From the human T2T-CHM13v2.0 reference genome, Homo sapiens, in assembly GCF_009914755.1 (NCBI RefSeq), contig NC_060934.1: a DNA stretch of 64,000 nt, one strand, 5' to 3'. How positions within the stretch are numbered: the stretch's first letter is position 1; each line of letters starts with the position of its first letter. This document shows positions 1-13,129 of the stretch, piece by piece. The notes under the pieces were generated by a model that worked only from the letters and a program-made list of their open reading frames with translations, was not told the origin of the DNA and made no database searches. A program made the translations under genes and the position numbers.

Positions 1-667
1 ACAGACCAATGACTGAATTTTTAAAAAGTGGCAGGTGTCTATTTCCATAGATCTTATTTACCTCCAACAAATTAATGAATTAGTATCAATTTTCTATTTT
101 CAGATTTGGGTTTGGGACATGGTTGGATATTAGCACTACCGTATATTTTGCTACAACTGACTGAGCTGGGGCAAGGCCAATTGAGGCCTCAGTATTCTTT
201 ATACCAGGCAATGTCTTAGGACTTTACAAATACTTTCCCTGGAAGATACATGATCTATTTCACAGATAAGATTACTGAATCTTAGGGAAGTTAGGTAACC
301 TTCAATGTTAGGAAGGGTGTTGAACCACATGCCCCACACTAGAATTTATGTTCTCAATTTCTACCTTCTATTGGTTGCCCTGTTAAGTAATAATGCTACT
401 CAATATACACGGCATACTTTACAGTTTGTAAAGTGCTTTGCCAAACGTTATCTAATTTGAGCATAATTCCCCAAATGCAGTAATTTAGAATTGTCCTTAG
501 TCCCTGCAGTACTCACTTTAATTATTGACCTCCTTTATTCATAGAGGAAAACCAAAATGATTGAGGCCCAGAGTGAAGGCCACATCCACAATCGCCCTGA
601 GATAAGGTAGTTTTTACAGGGCTCTCTTTATCTCCTTCTCTGATCTCTGTAAAACTGTCTGCCTCAT

Positions 668-750
668 GAGCCGAGATTGTGCCACTGCACTCCAGCCTGG
701 GCGACAGAGACTCTGTCTCCAAAAAAAGAAAAAGAAAAAAAAAAAAAAAG
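668..750 (+). mobile_element. Heavily 5'-truncated Alu (last ~50 nt plus A-tail) with 16-bp TSD
   Basis: gagccgagattgtgccactgcactccagcctgggcgacagag plus A-tail; TSD aaactgtctgcctcat at 652-667 and 751-766. Confidence 0.95.
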
Positions 751-769
751 AAACTGTCTGCCTCATTTG

Positions 770-1726
770 GTATCACACCCAGCTATTAGGCTCCACTAAT
801 TGCCAGCTGATTGCTATATTATTTCAACAATGCCCTGGAGCATAGATTACTCTGTGGTTTAATCCAAGAGGTAGTTTTTGAGGTCAGTGTTTGAGGTTTC
901 TTCTGACTCCAGTAGGGCTCTTCTTAGCTGTCTCTTTCCCTGGTTCTCCCTGGTGAACTAGCTGGCCTATGGTTTAGATGACTGCTATTAATTGAGAAGA
1001 GCTATCAGCCTCCTCTTATTTTTTTGGCACCAAAATCTCCATTGTTTCTGAAAGTGCCCTTAGGCCTGAACTTTCTCTCTGTTTTAAATTAAGTCATTTC
1101 CTTTGGGGGTCTGCTTCTCACCCTGGGCAAAATCCCTGAGCCACCACTCAAGGCAGTGGGTGAGGCACTAGTCTTTGGTCTTCTTGGTTTGCCTCTATCG
1201 GTGTGAAACTTCTGCCTTCTGACTGAGCCGGGGCAAGGGCAATTGAGGCCTCAGTATTCTTGGCCTGATGAGCATGGGGGTAGAGCTCTGTGCTATGAAT
1301 GGAGGTTGGATGGAAGAAGGGAGCCCCTGATTTCTTAACTTCACTCACCAGGAATTTAACCTCTTCAGTTGGAGATGGCAGCCTGCTTCTCCTGGTGAGT
1401 TACACCCTTTGTTTAGGACCTGAGAGGAGAGGGACCCCCATCTTCTTGGCCACAGCTGCCCAGGGTGGATGAGAGGGATGGGAGCTGAGCTGGATGGGAG
1501 ACAGAGGGTGGGTTGTGGTTCAAGTCACAGACTCTTGCAGTTCTTACTGAGTTTTAGTAGATTTCCTTGAATAAATTGCTTCTTCATTTGCTATATGCCC
1601 TTAGGACAGTTTTCAGAGACTTTAAATGGTTGTTTGTTTTTTTAACAGTTTTACCAGGTATACTTGTTTCACCGGGGAATAGGTCTGTAGAACTCACACT
1701 GCCATCCAGGAAGTGAAACTCCCCGG
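770..1726 (-). mobile_element. Old L1M (L1MC/L1MD-like) 5' region fragment
   Basis: Motifs such as tagatttccttgaataaa...ttcatttgctatatgcccttaggacagttttcagagactttaaatggttg resemble ancient L1M 5' ends; boundaries approximate. Confidence 0.5.
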
Positions 1727-2921
1727 TACAGGCATACCATGGACATATTTCAGGTTCAGCTCCAGACCACCACAGTGAAGTGAATATTGCAACTAAGCAA
1801 GTCACGCATGTTTTTTCTTTGTTTCTCAGTGAATATAAGGTATGTTTATATTATACTGTAGTCTGTTAAGCATATAATAGCATTATGTATACATATACAT
1901 ATGTTTATTAAAAATACTTTATTGCTAAAAATGCTAACAATCACCTGAGTCTTCAGTGAGTAGTAATCTTTCTGCTGGTGGAGTGTCTTGCTTTGATGTT
2001 GATGGCTGCTGAGTGATAAGGGTGGTGGTTGCTGAAGACTGGAGTCGCTGAGGCAATTTCTTTAAATCAGACAACAATTAAGTCTGCCACATTGATTGAC
2101 TCTTTCTTTCATGAACAATTTCTCTATAGCATGCAATGCTGTTTGATACCATTTTACCCACAGCATAACTTTTTGTTAAAAAAAATTGGAGTCAATTTTT
2201 TCAAATCCTGCTGCTGCTTTATCAACTAAATTGATGTAAAATTCTAAATTTTTTATTGTCATTTCAACAACATTCACAGCAACTTCATCAGGAGTAGATG
2301 GCATCTGAAACAACCACTCTCCTTACTTATCTATAAGAAGCAACTGCTCAGCTGTTAAAGTTTTATTATGAAATTACGGTAATTCAGTCACATCTTCAAG
2401 CTCCACTTCTAATTCTACTTCTTTTTGCTAATTCCACCACATCCGCAGTTACTTTCCCCAGTGAAGTCTTCAACCCCTTCAAGTCATCCATGAAAGTTGG
2501 AATCAACTTCTTCCAAACTCATGTTAATGTTGATATTTTGACCTCCTCCCATGAATCATGCTTGTTCTTAATGACATCTAGAATGGTGAACCCTTTCCAG
2601 AAGATTTTTAATGTATTTTCCCCAGAACCATCAGAAGAATAACTGTCTATGGTATCTATAGCCTTATGAAATGTATTTCTTTAATAATAAGATTTGGAAA
2701 TTGAAATTTCTTCTTGATCCATGGGATGTAGAATGAATGTTGTGTTAGGAGGCATGAAAATGGCTTTCATCTCCTTTTACATGTCCATCAGAGCTCTTGG
2801 GTGACTAGGTGCACTGTCAATGAGCAGTAGTATTTTGAAAAATTTTTTTACTGAGCAGTAGGTCTTAGCAGTGAGCTTCACATAGTCAGTAAACCATGCT
2901 GTTTAACAGACATGCTTTCAT

Positions 2922-3748
2922 CTAGGCTTTGTTATTCCATTTATAGAGCACAGGCAGAGTAGATTTAGCATGATTCTTAAGAGCCCTAGGATTTTCAGAA
3001 TGGCCAATGAGCTTTGGCTTCAACTTAAAGTTATGAGCTGCATTAGCCCCCAACAAGAGAATCAGCATGTTCTTTGAAACTTTGAAGACAGGGACTGACT
3101 TCTCTCTAGTTATGAAACTCCTAGATTGCATCCCCTTCCAACAGAAGGTTTGTATTAGTCCATTCTCATGCTGCTAATAAAGGCATACCCAAGACTGGGT
3201 AATTTATAAAGGAAAAAGGTTTAATTGACTCACAGTTTAGCATGGCTGGGGAGGCCTCAGGAAACTTACAATCATGGCAGAAGGGGAAGCAAACACATCC
3301 TTCTTCACATGGCAGCAGCAAGGAGAAGTGCAGAGCAAAAGGGTGAAAAGCCCCTTATAAAACCATCAGATCTCGTGAGAACTCACTATCACGAGAACAT
3401 CATGGGGGTAACCACCCCCATGATTCAATTACCTCCCACTGGGTTTCTCCCATGACATGTGGGGATTATGGGAACTACCAGTTAAAGGTAAGATTTGGGT
3501 GGGGACACAGCCAAACCACACCAAGGTTGTTTCATCTACAATTAAAATCTGTTGTTTAGTGTAGCCACCTTTACAATGATCTTAGCTAGATCTTCTGAGT
3601 AACTTATTGAAGCTTCTGTATCAGTACCTGCTGCTTCAGCTTGCACTTTTATGCTATAGAGAGGGCTTTTTTCCTTAAACCTCTTGAACCAACCTCTGCT
3701 GGCTTCCAGATTTTCTTCTGCTGTTTCCTTACCTCTCTCAGCCTTCAT
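2922..3748 (-). pseudogene. Disrupted Tigger1 transposase remnant (CENP-B-type HTH and DDE segments)
   Basis: ORFs 3542..3748 and 2922..3131 give Tigger1/TIGD1-like peptides, interrupted by stops and the THE1 insertion. Confidence 0.85.
3151..3523 (-). mobile_element. THE1 (THE1B/C-like) MaLR solo LTR
   Basis: tgtattagtccattctcatgctgct...ggggacacagccaaaccacacca; 5-bp TSD aggtt at 3146-3150 and 3524-3528. Confidence 0.93.
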
Positions 3749-5584
3749 AGAATTAAAGTCAGGACCTTCCTCTAGATTAGGCTTTGGCTTAAGAGAATGT
3801 GGTGGCTGGTTTGATCTATCCAGACCACTAAAACTTTTTTCACATCAACAATAAGGCTGCTTTGCTTTCTTATCATTTGTGAGTTCACTGGAGTGGCACT
3901 TTTCATTTCCTGCAGGAACTTTTCATTTGGATTCACCGCTTGAATTAGCTATCTGGGGGCAATCCAGGCCTAGCTATCAGCTTATCTGGTATTTTGACAT
4001 GCCTTCCTCACTAAGCTTAATTATTTCTAGCTTTTGTATTTATTTTTTGATACATAATGTTTGTACATACTTATGGGGTACATGTGATATTTTGATACGT
4101 GCACAGAATGTGTAATGATCAAGTCAGTTCACTTAGGATATCCATCACCTCAAGCATTTATCATTTCTTTGTGTTAGGAACATTTCAAATACTTTCTCCT
4201 AGCTATTTTGAAATACCCAACGCATTGTTATTAACTATAGTCACCTAATGTGCCATCAAACATTAGGACTTATTTCTTCTATATTTCTTGTTTTAATGTT
4301 TGTACCTATTAATCTACCTCTCTTTAACCACCTGTACATTCTTCCCAGCCTCTGTGAACTATCTTTCTACTCTTTGCTTCCATAAGATCAACTTTTTTAG
4401 TTTCCACATATGAATGAGAACACACAGTGTTTGTCTTTCTGTCCCTGGCTTATTTCACGTAACATAATGGCCTCCAATTTCATCATGTTTTTGTAAATGA
4501 CAGGATTTCATTTCCTTTAATAGCTGAATAATATTCCATTGCATATATATACCACATTCTCTTTATTCATTCATCTGTTGATGGACACTTAGGTTGATTC
4601 CATATCTTTGCTATTGTGAATAGTGCTGCAAAAAACGTGGGAGTCTTTGATATACCAATTTCCTTTCCTTTGGATAAATAGTCATGGTATCATTGGATCA
4701 TATGGTAGTTCTATCTGTAATTTATTTTTTTTTATAAATCTCCATGCTGTTTTCAATAATGGATGTGCTAATTTACATTTCCATCAACAGTTGTATAAGA
4801 GTTCCCTTTTTTCTGCACCCACATCAGCATCTGTTTTTTTTTTTTTTTTGCCTTTTTGGTAATAGCTATTTCCAACTGGGGTAAGATGATATTTTATTGC
4901 TGTTTTAATTTACATTTCCCTGATTAGTGATTTTTTTCATATATCCGTTGGCTGTTTGTGTATCTTTTTTGATAAATGTCTATTCAGAACCTTTGCCCAC
5001 TTTTTAAATGGGGTTGTTTTTATGCTGTAGAATTGTTTGAGTTTTTAAAAATATATTCTGAATATTGGTCTCTTGTTGGATGAATAGTTTGCAAATATTT
5101 TCTGTCATTCAACAGATTGTCTCTTCTCTCTGTTGATTGTTTACTTTGCTGTGGGGAAGCGTTTTAGTTTAATGTAGTCCCATTTGTCTATTGTTGTTTT
5201 TATTGCCTGTGCTTTTGAAGTCTCAGCCATAAAATCTTTGCCTAGACCAGGGTGTTCCCCTTATGTTTTCTTCAAGTAGCTTTATAACTTAGGTTTTTAC
5301 TTTTAAGTCTTTTATCCATTTTGGGTTAATTTTTACATATGGTGAGACACAGAGGTCTAGTTTCATTCTCTGCATATGGATATCCAGTTTTCCCAGTACC
5401 ACTCATTCTAGGGGTGTTCTTTCCTCAGTGTATGTTCTTGGCATCTTTGTTGAAAATCAGTTGGCTGTGTTTTGTAGTTTTCCATTTAGAGGTCTTTCAC
5501 CTCTCTGGTTAAATTTAGTCCTAGGTGTTTTATTTGTTTTTATGCTATTGTAAATGGGATTACCTTTTGTTTGTTTCTTTTTCT

Positions 5585-5872
5585 TTTAAGCTTGTATTCT
5601 ATATATATATTTTTTATACTTAAATTCTGGGGTATATGTGCAGAATGTGCAGGTTTGTATCATAGGTATACATATGCCATGGTGGTTTGCTGCACCCATC
5701 AACCCGTCATCTACATTAGGTATTTCTCCTAATTCTATCCCTCCCCCTGTCCCCCATCCCCCAACAGGCCCCAGTGTGTAGTGTTCCTCTTCCTGTGTCC
5801 ATGTGTTCTCATTGTTGAACTCCCACTTATGAGTGAGAACATGCGGTGTTTTGTTTTCTGTTCTTGTGTTAG
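5585..5872 (-). mobile_element. 5'-truncated L1PA (L1PA7/8-like) 3'UTR fragment nested in the L1MA
   Basis: ggtttgctgcacccatcaacccgtcatctacattaggtatttctcctaa...cccacttatgagtgagaacatgcggtg. Confidence 0.85.
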
Positions 5873-5900
5873 TTCATTGTTTGTATATAGAAATGCAACT

Positions 5901-6252
<352 letters not shown>

Positions 6253-7068
6253 TTATTTATTTATTTTTTTATGGAGTCTTCAGGTTTTTTTAAATATAAG
6301 ATCATGTCATCTACAAAGAGGGAAAATTTGACTTCTTTTCTAATTTGTTTGCTATTTCTTTCTTTCTGTTGCCTAATTACTCTGGCTAGGATGTCCAGTA
6401 CTATGTCGAATAGGAGTGGTAAAAATGGGCATCCTTATCTTATTCTAATTCTAGAGGAAAGGCTTTCAGCTTTTCCCCATTCAGTATTATGTCAGCTGTG
6501 GGTTTTTCATATATTACCTTTATTATGTTGAGGTATGTTCCTTCTGTTCCTAATTGGTTGCAAGTTTTCACCATGAATGAATGTTGAATTTTATGAAATG
6601 CTTTTTGTGCATCTATTGAGATGATTACATGGTTTTCGTCCTTCGTTCTGTTGATGTAATGTATCCTGCTTATTGATTTGCATACGTTGAACCATTCTTT
6701 CATGCCTGGAATAAGTCTCACTTGATCATGATGTATTATCTTTTTAAAGTCTTGCTGAATTTGGCTTGCTAGCATTTTGTTGAGGATATTTGCATTTGTG
6801 TTCATCAGAGATGTTGGTCTGTAGTTTTCTTTTTTTGTTTTGTCCTTGTCTGGTTTTGGTATCAGGGTAATGTTGGGCTTATAGAATGAGTAGAGAATAA
6901 TTCCCTACTCTTCCATTTTCTGGAATAATTTGAGAAGAATTAATGTTAGTTCTTCTTTTTAAGTTTGGTGGAACTTGGCAGTAGTCATCTGTTCCTGGAC
7001 TTCATTTTGTTGGGAGAATTTTTATGACATTCAGGTTTTCCATTTCTTTCTGGTTCAATCTTGGTAGG

Positions 7069-7950
7069 CCTGCAGGAGGAGTACACAGGTGCCATCAGTG
7101 GTGGATGAGGCAGGGTAATCTCCAGAGCCCCAGATGATGCACTTGGACACTGGGGGAGGGTGGCATTAGGTGGTGTGGGCCTATCCTCAGGCCCCCTGAT
7201 GGTGCATATAGGCACAAGCCATGATGTGCAGTGTGAGTCAATCCCTAGGCCTCTAATTAATATGCTTGGGCAATGACAACAGGCGTTTTGGACCTGTCAG
7301 GCCTCCTGATGGTGTATGCACATGCCCAGCATGACAAATGGGGTTAGGTGATCTCTAGATGCTTGGGTGGTGTGCTTGAGCACTGGGAGGGATGATGCTA
7401 GGCAGGATGGGTCTGTCCTCAGGCCCCTCAATGGTGTGTCCAGGTTGGGCTGTAGTGGGCAGGGCAGGATGATCCCCAGGCCTCTGGATGGCATGTTTGT
7501 GTGCAGGCAGCAGGAGTTCTGGGTTCATTGTTAGGCCCCCTGATTGTGTGTGCACACATCCAAGGTGAATGATGGGTGAGGCTATTCCCAGTCCCCAGAT
7601 GATATGCTCAAGCAATGGGGGAGGTGGCTGGGTGGGACAGGCCTGTCCTCAGGTCCCCCAGTGGTGCCCATGGGCTTAGGCTGTGGTGATCCCTAGGCCC
7701 CCAGACAGCATGCTCAGGAGCCAATCGCAGATGGGCTGAGTCTTTTGTCAGACCTGATAATGTGTGTGTGTGCACAGGGTGATGATGGAATGAGATGAGG
7801 TGATCCCCAGGTGGCATGCTTGAGCTGTGGAAGAGGTGGTGGTAGGCAGAGAAGGCCTGTCCTTAGGTCTATCTGATTGCATACATTGGCACAGGCTGTG
7901 GTGGGTAGGGATAGGCAATCCCCAGGCCTCTGTGCGGAATGCTTGGGTAG
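7069..7950. repeat. Degenerate ~115-bp tandem repeat array in the L1MA 5'UTR
   Basis: Recurring gggtgatccccaggcc..gatggcatgcttg..ggcctgtcctcaggcccc units, roughly 7-8 copies. Confidence 0.75.
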
Positions 7951-8978
7951 TGGTGACAGCAGCAGCAGCAGGTGGGAAAAGCCTGTACTCAGGGCACATG
8001 CAAGTACATGGCAGCACTGCTGCTGAGGCAGCGGGGTTGCTGTTAGTGGTAGTGGCCTGCAGGCTGGTAGTTCTCAGGCTCTGGAGAACACTTGCTTTGA
8101 CTGCCTTTGTCCTCATGGCAGCCTCCCTGGTACACTGCACCACTCTTTCCCCAAGGTGTAGGACATTGTATGGGCTAGCATGCCAGAGACCCAACTGCAC
8201 TGCTGGGTCCTGTAGCTCTCTGGGTGAACATGGGGGTATATCAGTGGAGATGCAGGGGCTATTGGGCCTGAGGGCAGAATACAGTCTGGTGGGAGGTGGG
8301 CTCTCAAAATGACATCATGCTGCAGCTGCTTTATTCTTGGGAGTTATGTGGGACCTAGGGTGAGCTCCCTCTCTGGAGCAATGCCATCCTGTAGACTCCA
8401 GGTAGTTTCCTATGCTAGTCTCAGGGCTGGCCTGTGAGGATCGAGGGGCTCTCCTGTCACGAAGATTGCAAGAGTTGGCTGTGGGAATATGGACCAGTGG
8501 GGATCTCTCATTCATCATTTTCCCACATTGGAGAAAATCTCTGGGCTTCCAGCCAATCCCAGCTGAGCCAGCTGCCTCACTTTTCTCTCCTTGTGTGCCT
8601 CAGGTATTTCCTATCACTTCTCTGCTGAATTCCAGTGTTCTTTTAGATGCTCCATTCAAAGAGTGATGATCTACTCACTGTTTCTGTTTTTCTTTGTGGA
8701 GGAAGTCAGTGCCTGGTGCCTCCAGTCAACCATCTTTAAGTGCTAGCCTCACAGTGATTGTTTTGAGTGGGGACTTTTCTAGCTTTTGATTTAAAGTGAG
8801 AGATGTGTGACTCTTCCTTTCATTTGAACACTTAGAGGCCATTGGAAGGTTATTTATTGACCTAATTTCAATATTGTTGTGTCTCAGGGAATAGGTAGGC
8901 CCAGGGAAGGGGAGAGAGATGGGGGAATGAATGGTTTGTGGATCAGTCAGAACATATACAACATTTTTGGGCTATTCC

Positions 8979-9303
<325 letters not shown>

Positions 9304-11079
9304 TGATTTAATTGTTTTCAAGAAAGCCCTCTCAGATAGCTGTCAGTACCATCATAAAAATGGAATTTGTAAATAGATTACATGCTCAACAGATTTCTGG
9401 ATTTTATATCTCCTTTTTTTTTTGTAAAGATAATTTCAACTTTTATTTTATATCCAGAGGGAACATGTGCAGATTTGTTACCTGCGTGTATTGTTTGATG
9501 CTGAGGTTTGGGGCACGACTGATCCTGTCATCCAGGTACTGAGCATAGGACCCAGTAGTTTTTCAACCCTTGCCCCACGCCTTCCTTATCCCCTCTAGTA
9601 GTCCCCAATTTCTATTATTGTCATTTTTATGTCCATAAGTACTCATTGTTTAGCACCCACTTGTAAGTCAGAGCATGTGGTATTTGGTTTTCTGTTGCCA
9701 TGTTAATTTTCTTAGGATAATGGCCTCTAGATGCATCCATATTGCTGCAAAGAACATGATACCCTTCTTTTTTATGGCTGTGTAGTATTCCATGGTGTAT
9801 ATATATCATATTTTCTTTATTCAGTTCATTGGTGAAGGGCATTGAGGTTAATTCCATGTCTTGCTATTGTGAATAGTGCTGAAATGAACATATAAGTGCA
9901 TGTGCCTTTTTGGTGTGACGATTTATTTTCTTTTGGATATAGAGTCAGTAATGGAATTGCTGGGTTGAACGGTAGTTCTGTTTTAAGTTATCTGAGAAGT
10001 CTCCAAGTTGCCTTCCACAGTGGCTGAACTAATTTACATTCCCATCAAAAGTGTATAAGCATTCCCTTTTCTCTACAGCCTTGTCAGTGTCTGTTGTTTT
10101 TTGACTTTCTAATAATAGCCATTCTGACTGGCATGAAATGGCATGTCATTGTGGTTTTGATTTGCTTTTCTCTGATGATTAGTGATGTGGGGCATTTTGT
10201 TGTATGTTCATTGGCCACTTCTATGTCTTGAGAAGTGCCTGTTCATGTCTTCTGCCCATTTTTTAATGGGGTTATTTGGTTGTTGCTTGTTAAATTAAGT
10301 TCCATATAGATTCTGGATGTTAGACCTTTGTCAGATGCAAATATTTTCTCCCATTCTGTAGATTGTCTGTTACTCTTGATAGTTTCTTTTTCTCTACAGA
10401 AGTTCTTTAGCTTGATTAGGTCCCACTTGTCAATTTTTGCCATTGTTGCAATTGCTTTTGAGGACTTAGTTGTAAGTTCTTTCCCAAGGCCAATGTACAG
10501 AATAGTGTTTCCTACGTTTTCTTCTAGGATTCTTACAGTTTGAAGTCTTACATTAAATCTTTAATCCTGAGTTAATTTTTATATACGGTGAAAGGTAGGT
10601 TTCCAGTTTCATTCTTCTGCATGTGGATAGCCAACTATCTCAGCACCATTTACTGAATAGTCTTTTCCCCCACTTGCTTATTTTTGTCCACTTTGTCAAA
10701 TATCAGATGGCTGTAGGTTTGTGGTTTATTTTGGGGTTCTCTATTCTGTTCCATTGGTCTATGTGCCTTTTTTTGTGCCAGTACCTTGCCATTTTGGTTA
10801 CTGTAGCCTTATAGTATAGTTTGAAATTGGGTAATGTGATGCCTCCAGCTTTGTTCTTTTTACTTAGGATTGCTTTGGCTATTCTGGTTTGTTTTTAGTT
10901 CCATGTAAATTTTAGAATAACTTTTTTTTTTAGTTCTGTGAAAAATAATATTGGTAGTTTGATAGGAATAACATTGAATCTATAGATTGCTTTGGGCAAT
11001 ATGGCCATTTTAATGATATTAATTCTTCCTGTCATAAGCATGGAATTTTTTTTGATTTGTTTGTATTGTCTGCTCTGCC

Positions 11080-11454
11080 CTTTCCTTTCCTTCCTTTCCT
11101 TTCCTTTCCTTCCTGTCCTGTCCTGTCCTGTCCTGTCCTGTCCTTTTTTTGTCTTTTCTTTTCTTTTTTTGATAGAATCTCACTCTATTGCCCAGGCTGG
11201 AGTACAGTGGCACAATCTTGGCTCACTGCAACATCTGCCTCTGGGGTTCAAATGTTTCTCCTGCCTCAGTGTCCCTCAGTGTAGCTGGGACTACAGTTGT
11301 GCACCACTGCACCCAGCTAGTTTTTGTATTTTTTGCTAGAGACAGGTTTTTGTTGTGTTGGTCAGGCTGGTCTAGAATTCCTGGCCTTAAGTGATCCATC
11401 CGCCTTGGCCTTCCAAAATGCTAGGATTATAGTCATGAGCCACCATGCCTGGTC
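11080..11454 (-). mobile_element. Alu (old S/J) with tail converted to (TTTCC)n/(TGTCC)n microsatellite
   Basis: Alu body 11171-11454; simple repeats 11081-11170. Confidence 0.9.
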
Positions 11455-12755
11455 GTCTATGCTTTCTTTTTATCAGTGTCTTATGGTTCTCCTTTCGGAA
11501 ATCTTTTATCTCTCTGGTTAGATGTATTTCCAGGTATTTTTTTGGTAACTATTATAAATGAGATTACATTCTTTATTTGGCTGTCAGTTTGAATGTTACT
11601 GGTGTATAGAGTTGTTACTGATTTTTGTACATTGATTTTTGTATCCCGAAACTTTACTGAAGTTGTTTATCAGTTCTGGGAGCCATTTGGTGGAGTCTTT
11701 AGGGTTTTCTTCGTATGGAATCATATCATCAGTGAAGAGAGATAGCATGACTTCTTCTTTTCCTCTTTGGATGCTTTTATTTCTTTCTTTTGCCTGATTG
11801 CCCTGGTGAGGAATTCCAGTACTATGTTGAATAGGAGTGGCGAGAGTGGGCATCCTTGTCTTTTTTCGTTCTCAAGGGGAATGCTTCCGCTTTTTGCCCA
11901 TTCAGTATGATGTTGGCTATGGGTTTGTCATAGATGGTTCTTACTATTTTGTGGTATGTTTCTTCCTATTTTGTGGTATGTTTCTTCAATGCCTACTTTC
12001 TGGAAGGTTTTTTCATGAAGGAATGTTGGATTTTGTCAAAAGCTTTTTCTGTCTATTGAGATGAGCATATGTTTTAATAAACAATAATTAATAATAGTTT
12101 TAATTCTGTTTATATGGTGAATCACATTTATTGATTTGAATATGTTGAACCAACCTTGCATCCCGGGAATGAAGCCTCTTTGACCAAAGACCAAAAGCCT
12201 CTTTGACTTTTTGATGTACTGTTGGATGCTGTCTACTTGTATTTTGTTGAGGATTTTTGCATCTATGTTTATCAGGGATATTGGCCTGTAATTTTCTTTT
12301 TTCATTATGTCTTTGCCAGGTTTTGGTATCAGGATTATGCTGGCTTCATAGAATGAGTTAGGGAGGACTCCCTCCTCTTTGAGGTTATGGAATAGTTTCA
12401 GTAGGATTTGGTACCAGCTTTTCTTTGCACATCTGGTAGAATTTGGCTATGAATACATCTTGTCTAGGGCTTCTTTTCTGGTTGGTAGGTTTTCTTAAAT
12501 TGTAGATCCAATTTCAAAACTAAATATCAGTCTCTTCAGGGTTGCAATTTCTTCCTAATTCAATCTTGGGAGATTTTGTGTTTCTAAGAATTTATCTATT
12601 TCCTCTAGATTTTCTAGTTTGTGTGCATAGAGGTGTTCATAATAGTCTCTGAGGACCTTTTGTATTGCTGTGGGATTGGTTGTAATATCACTGTTGTCAT
12701 TTCTGGTTGTGCTTATTGGCATCTTGTCTTTTTTCTTTGTTAATCTAGCTAGGGC

Positions 12756-13129
12756 TGATATGGTTTGGCTGTGTCCCCACCCAAATCTTACCTTGACTTG
12801 TAGCTCACATAATCCCCATGTGTTGTGGGAGGTTCCTGGTGGGAGGTAATTTAATCATGGGCGCAGTTACCCTCACGCTGTTCTCGTGATAGCAAATAAG
12901 TCTTATGAGATCTGACGGTTTTATAAGGAGGTTTCCTCCTTTTGCTGGGCACTTCTCTGTTCTGCCGCCCCGTGAAGAAGGACATAGTTTCTTCCCCTTC
13001 CACCATGATTGTAAGTTTCCTGAGGCCTCCTCAGCCATGCTAAACTGTGAGTCAATTAAACCTTTTTCCTTTATAAATTACCCAGTCTTGGGTGTGTCTT
13101 TATTAGCAGCATGAGAATGAACTAATACA
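12756..13129 (+). mobile_element. THE1 (THE1B/C-like) solo LTR nested in the L1PA15/16
   Basis: tgatatggtttggctgtgtccccacccaaatct...actaataca; TSD agggc at 12751-12755 and 13130-13134. Confidence 0.93.

Noticed and set aside
7060-7075. L1MA UTR-ORF2 junction as a spliced retrotransposed L1
   Set aside because: The ORF2 base context before the junction is not an AG acceptor in the recalled consensus; cct microhomology explains it better.
6985-8666. Many 60-160 aa ORFs and a spaced repeat array (CRISPR-like at a glance)
   Set aside because: Degenerate tandem monomers of an old L1 5'UTR; no identical repeats with unique spacers, and the context is eukaryotic.
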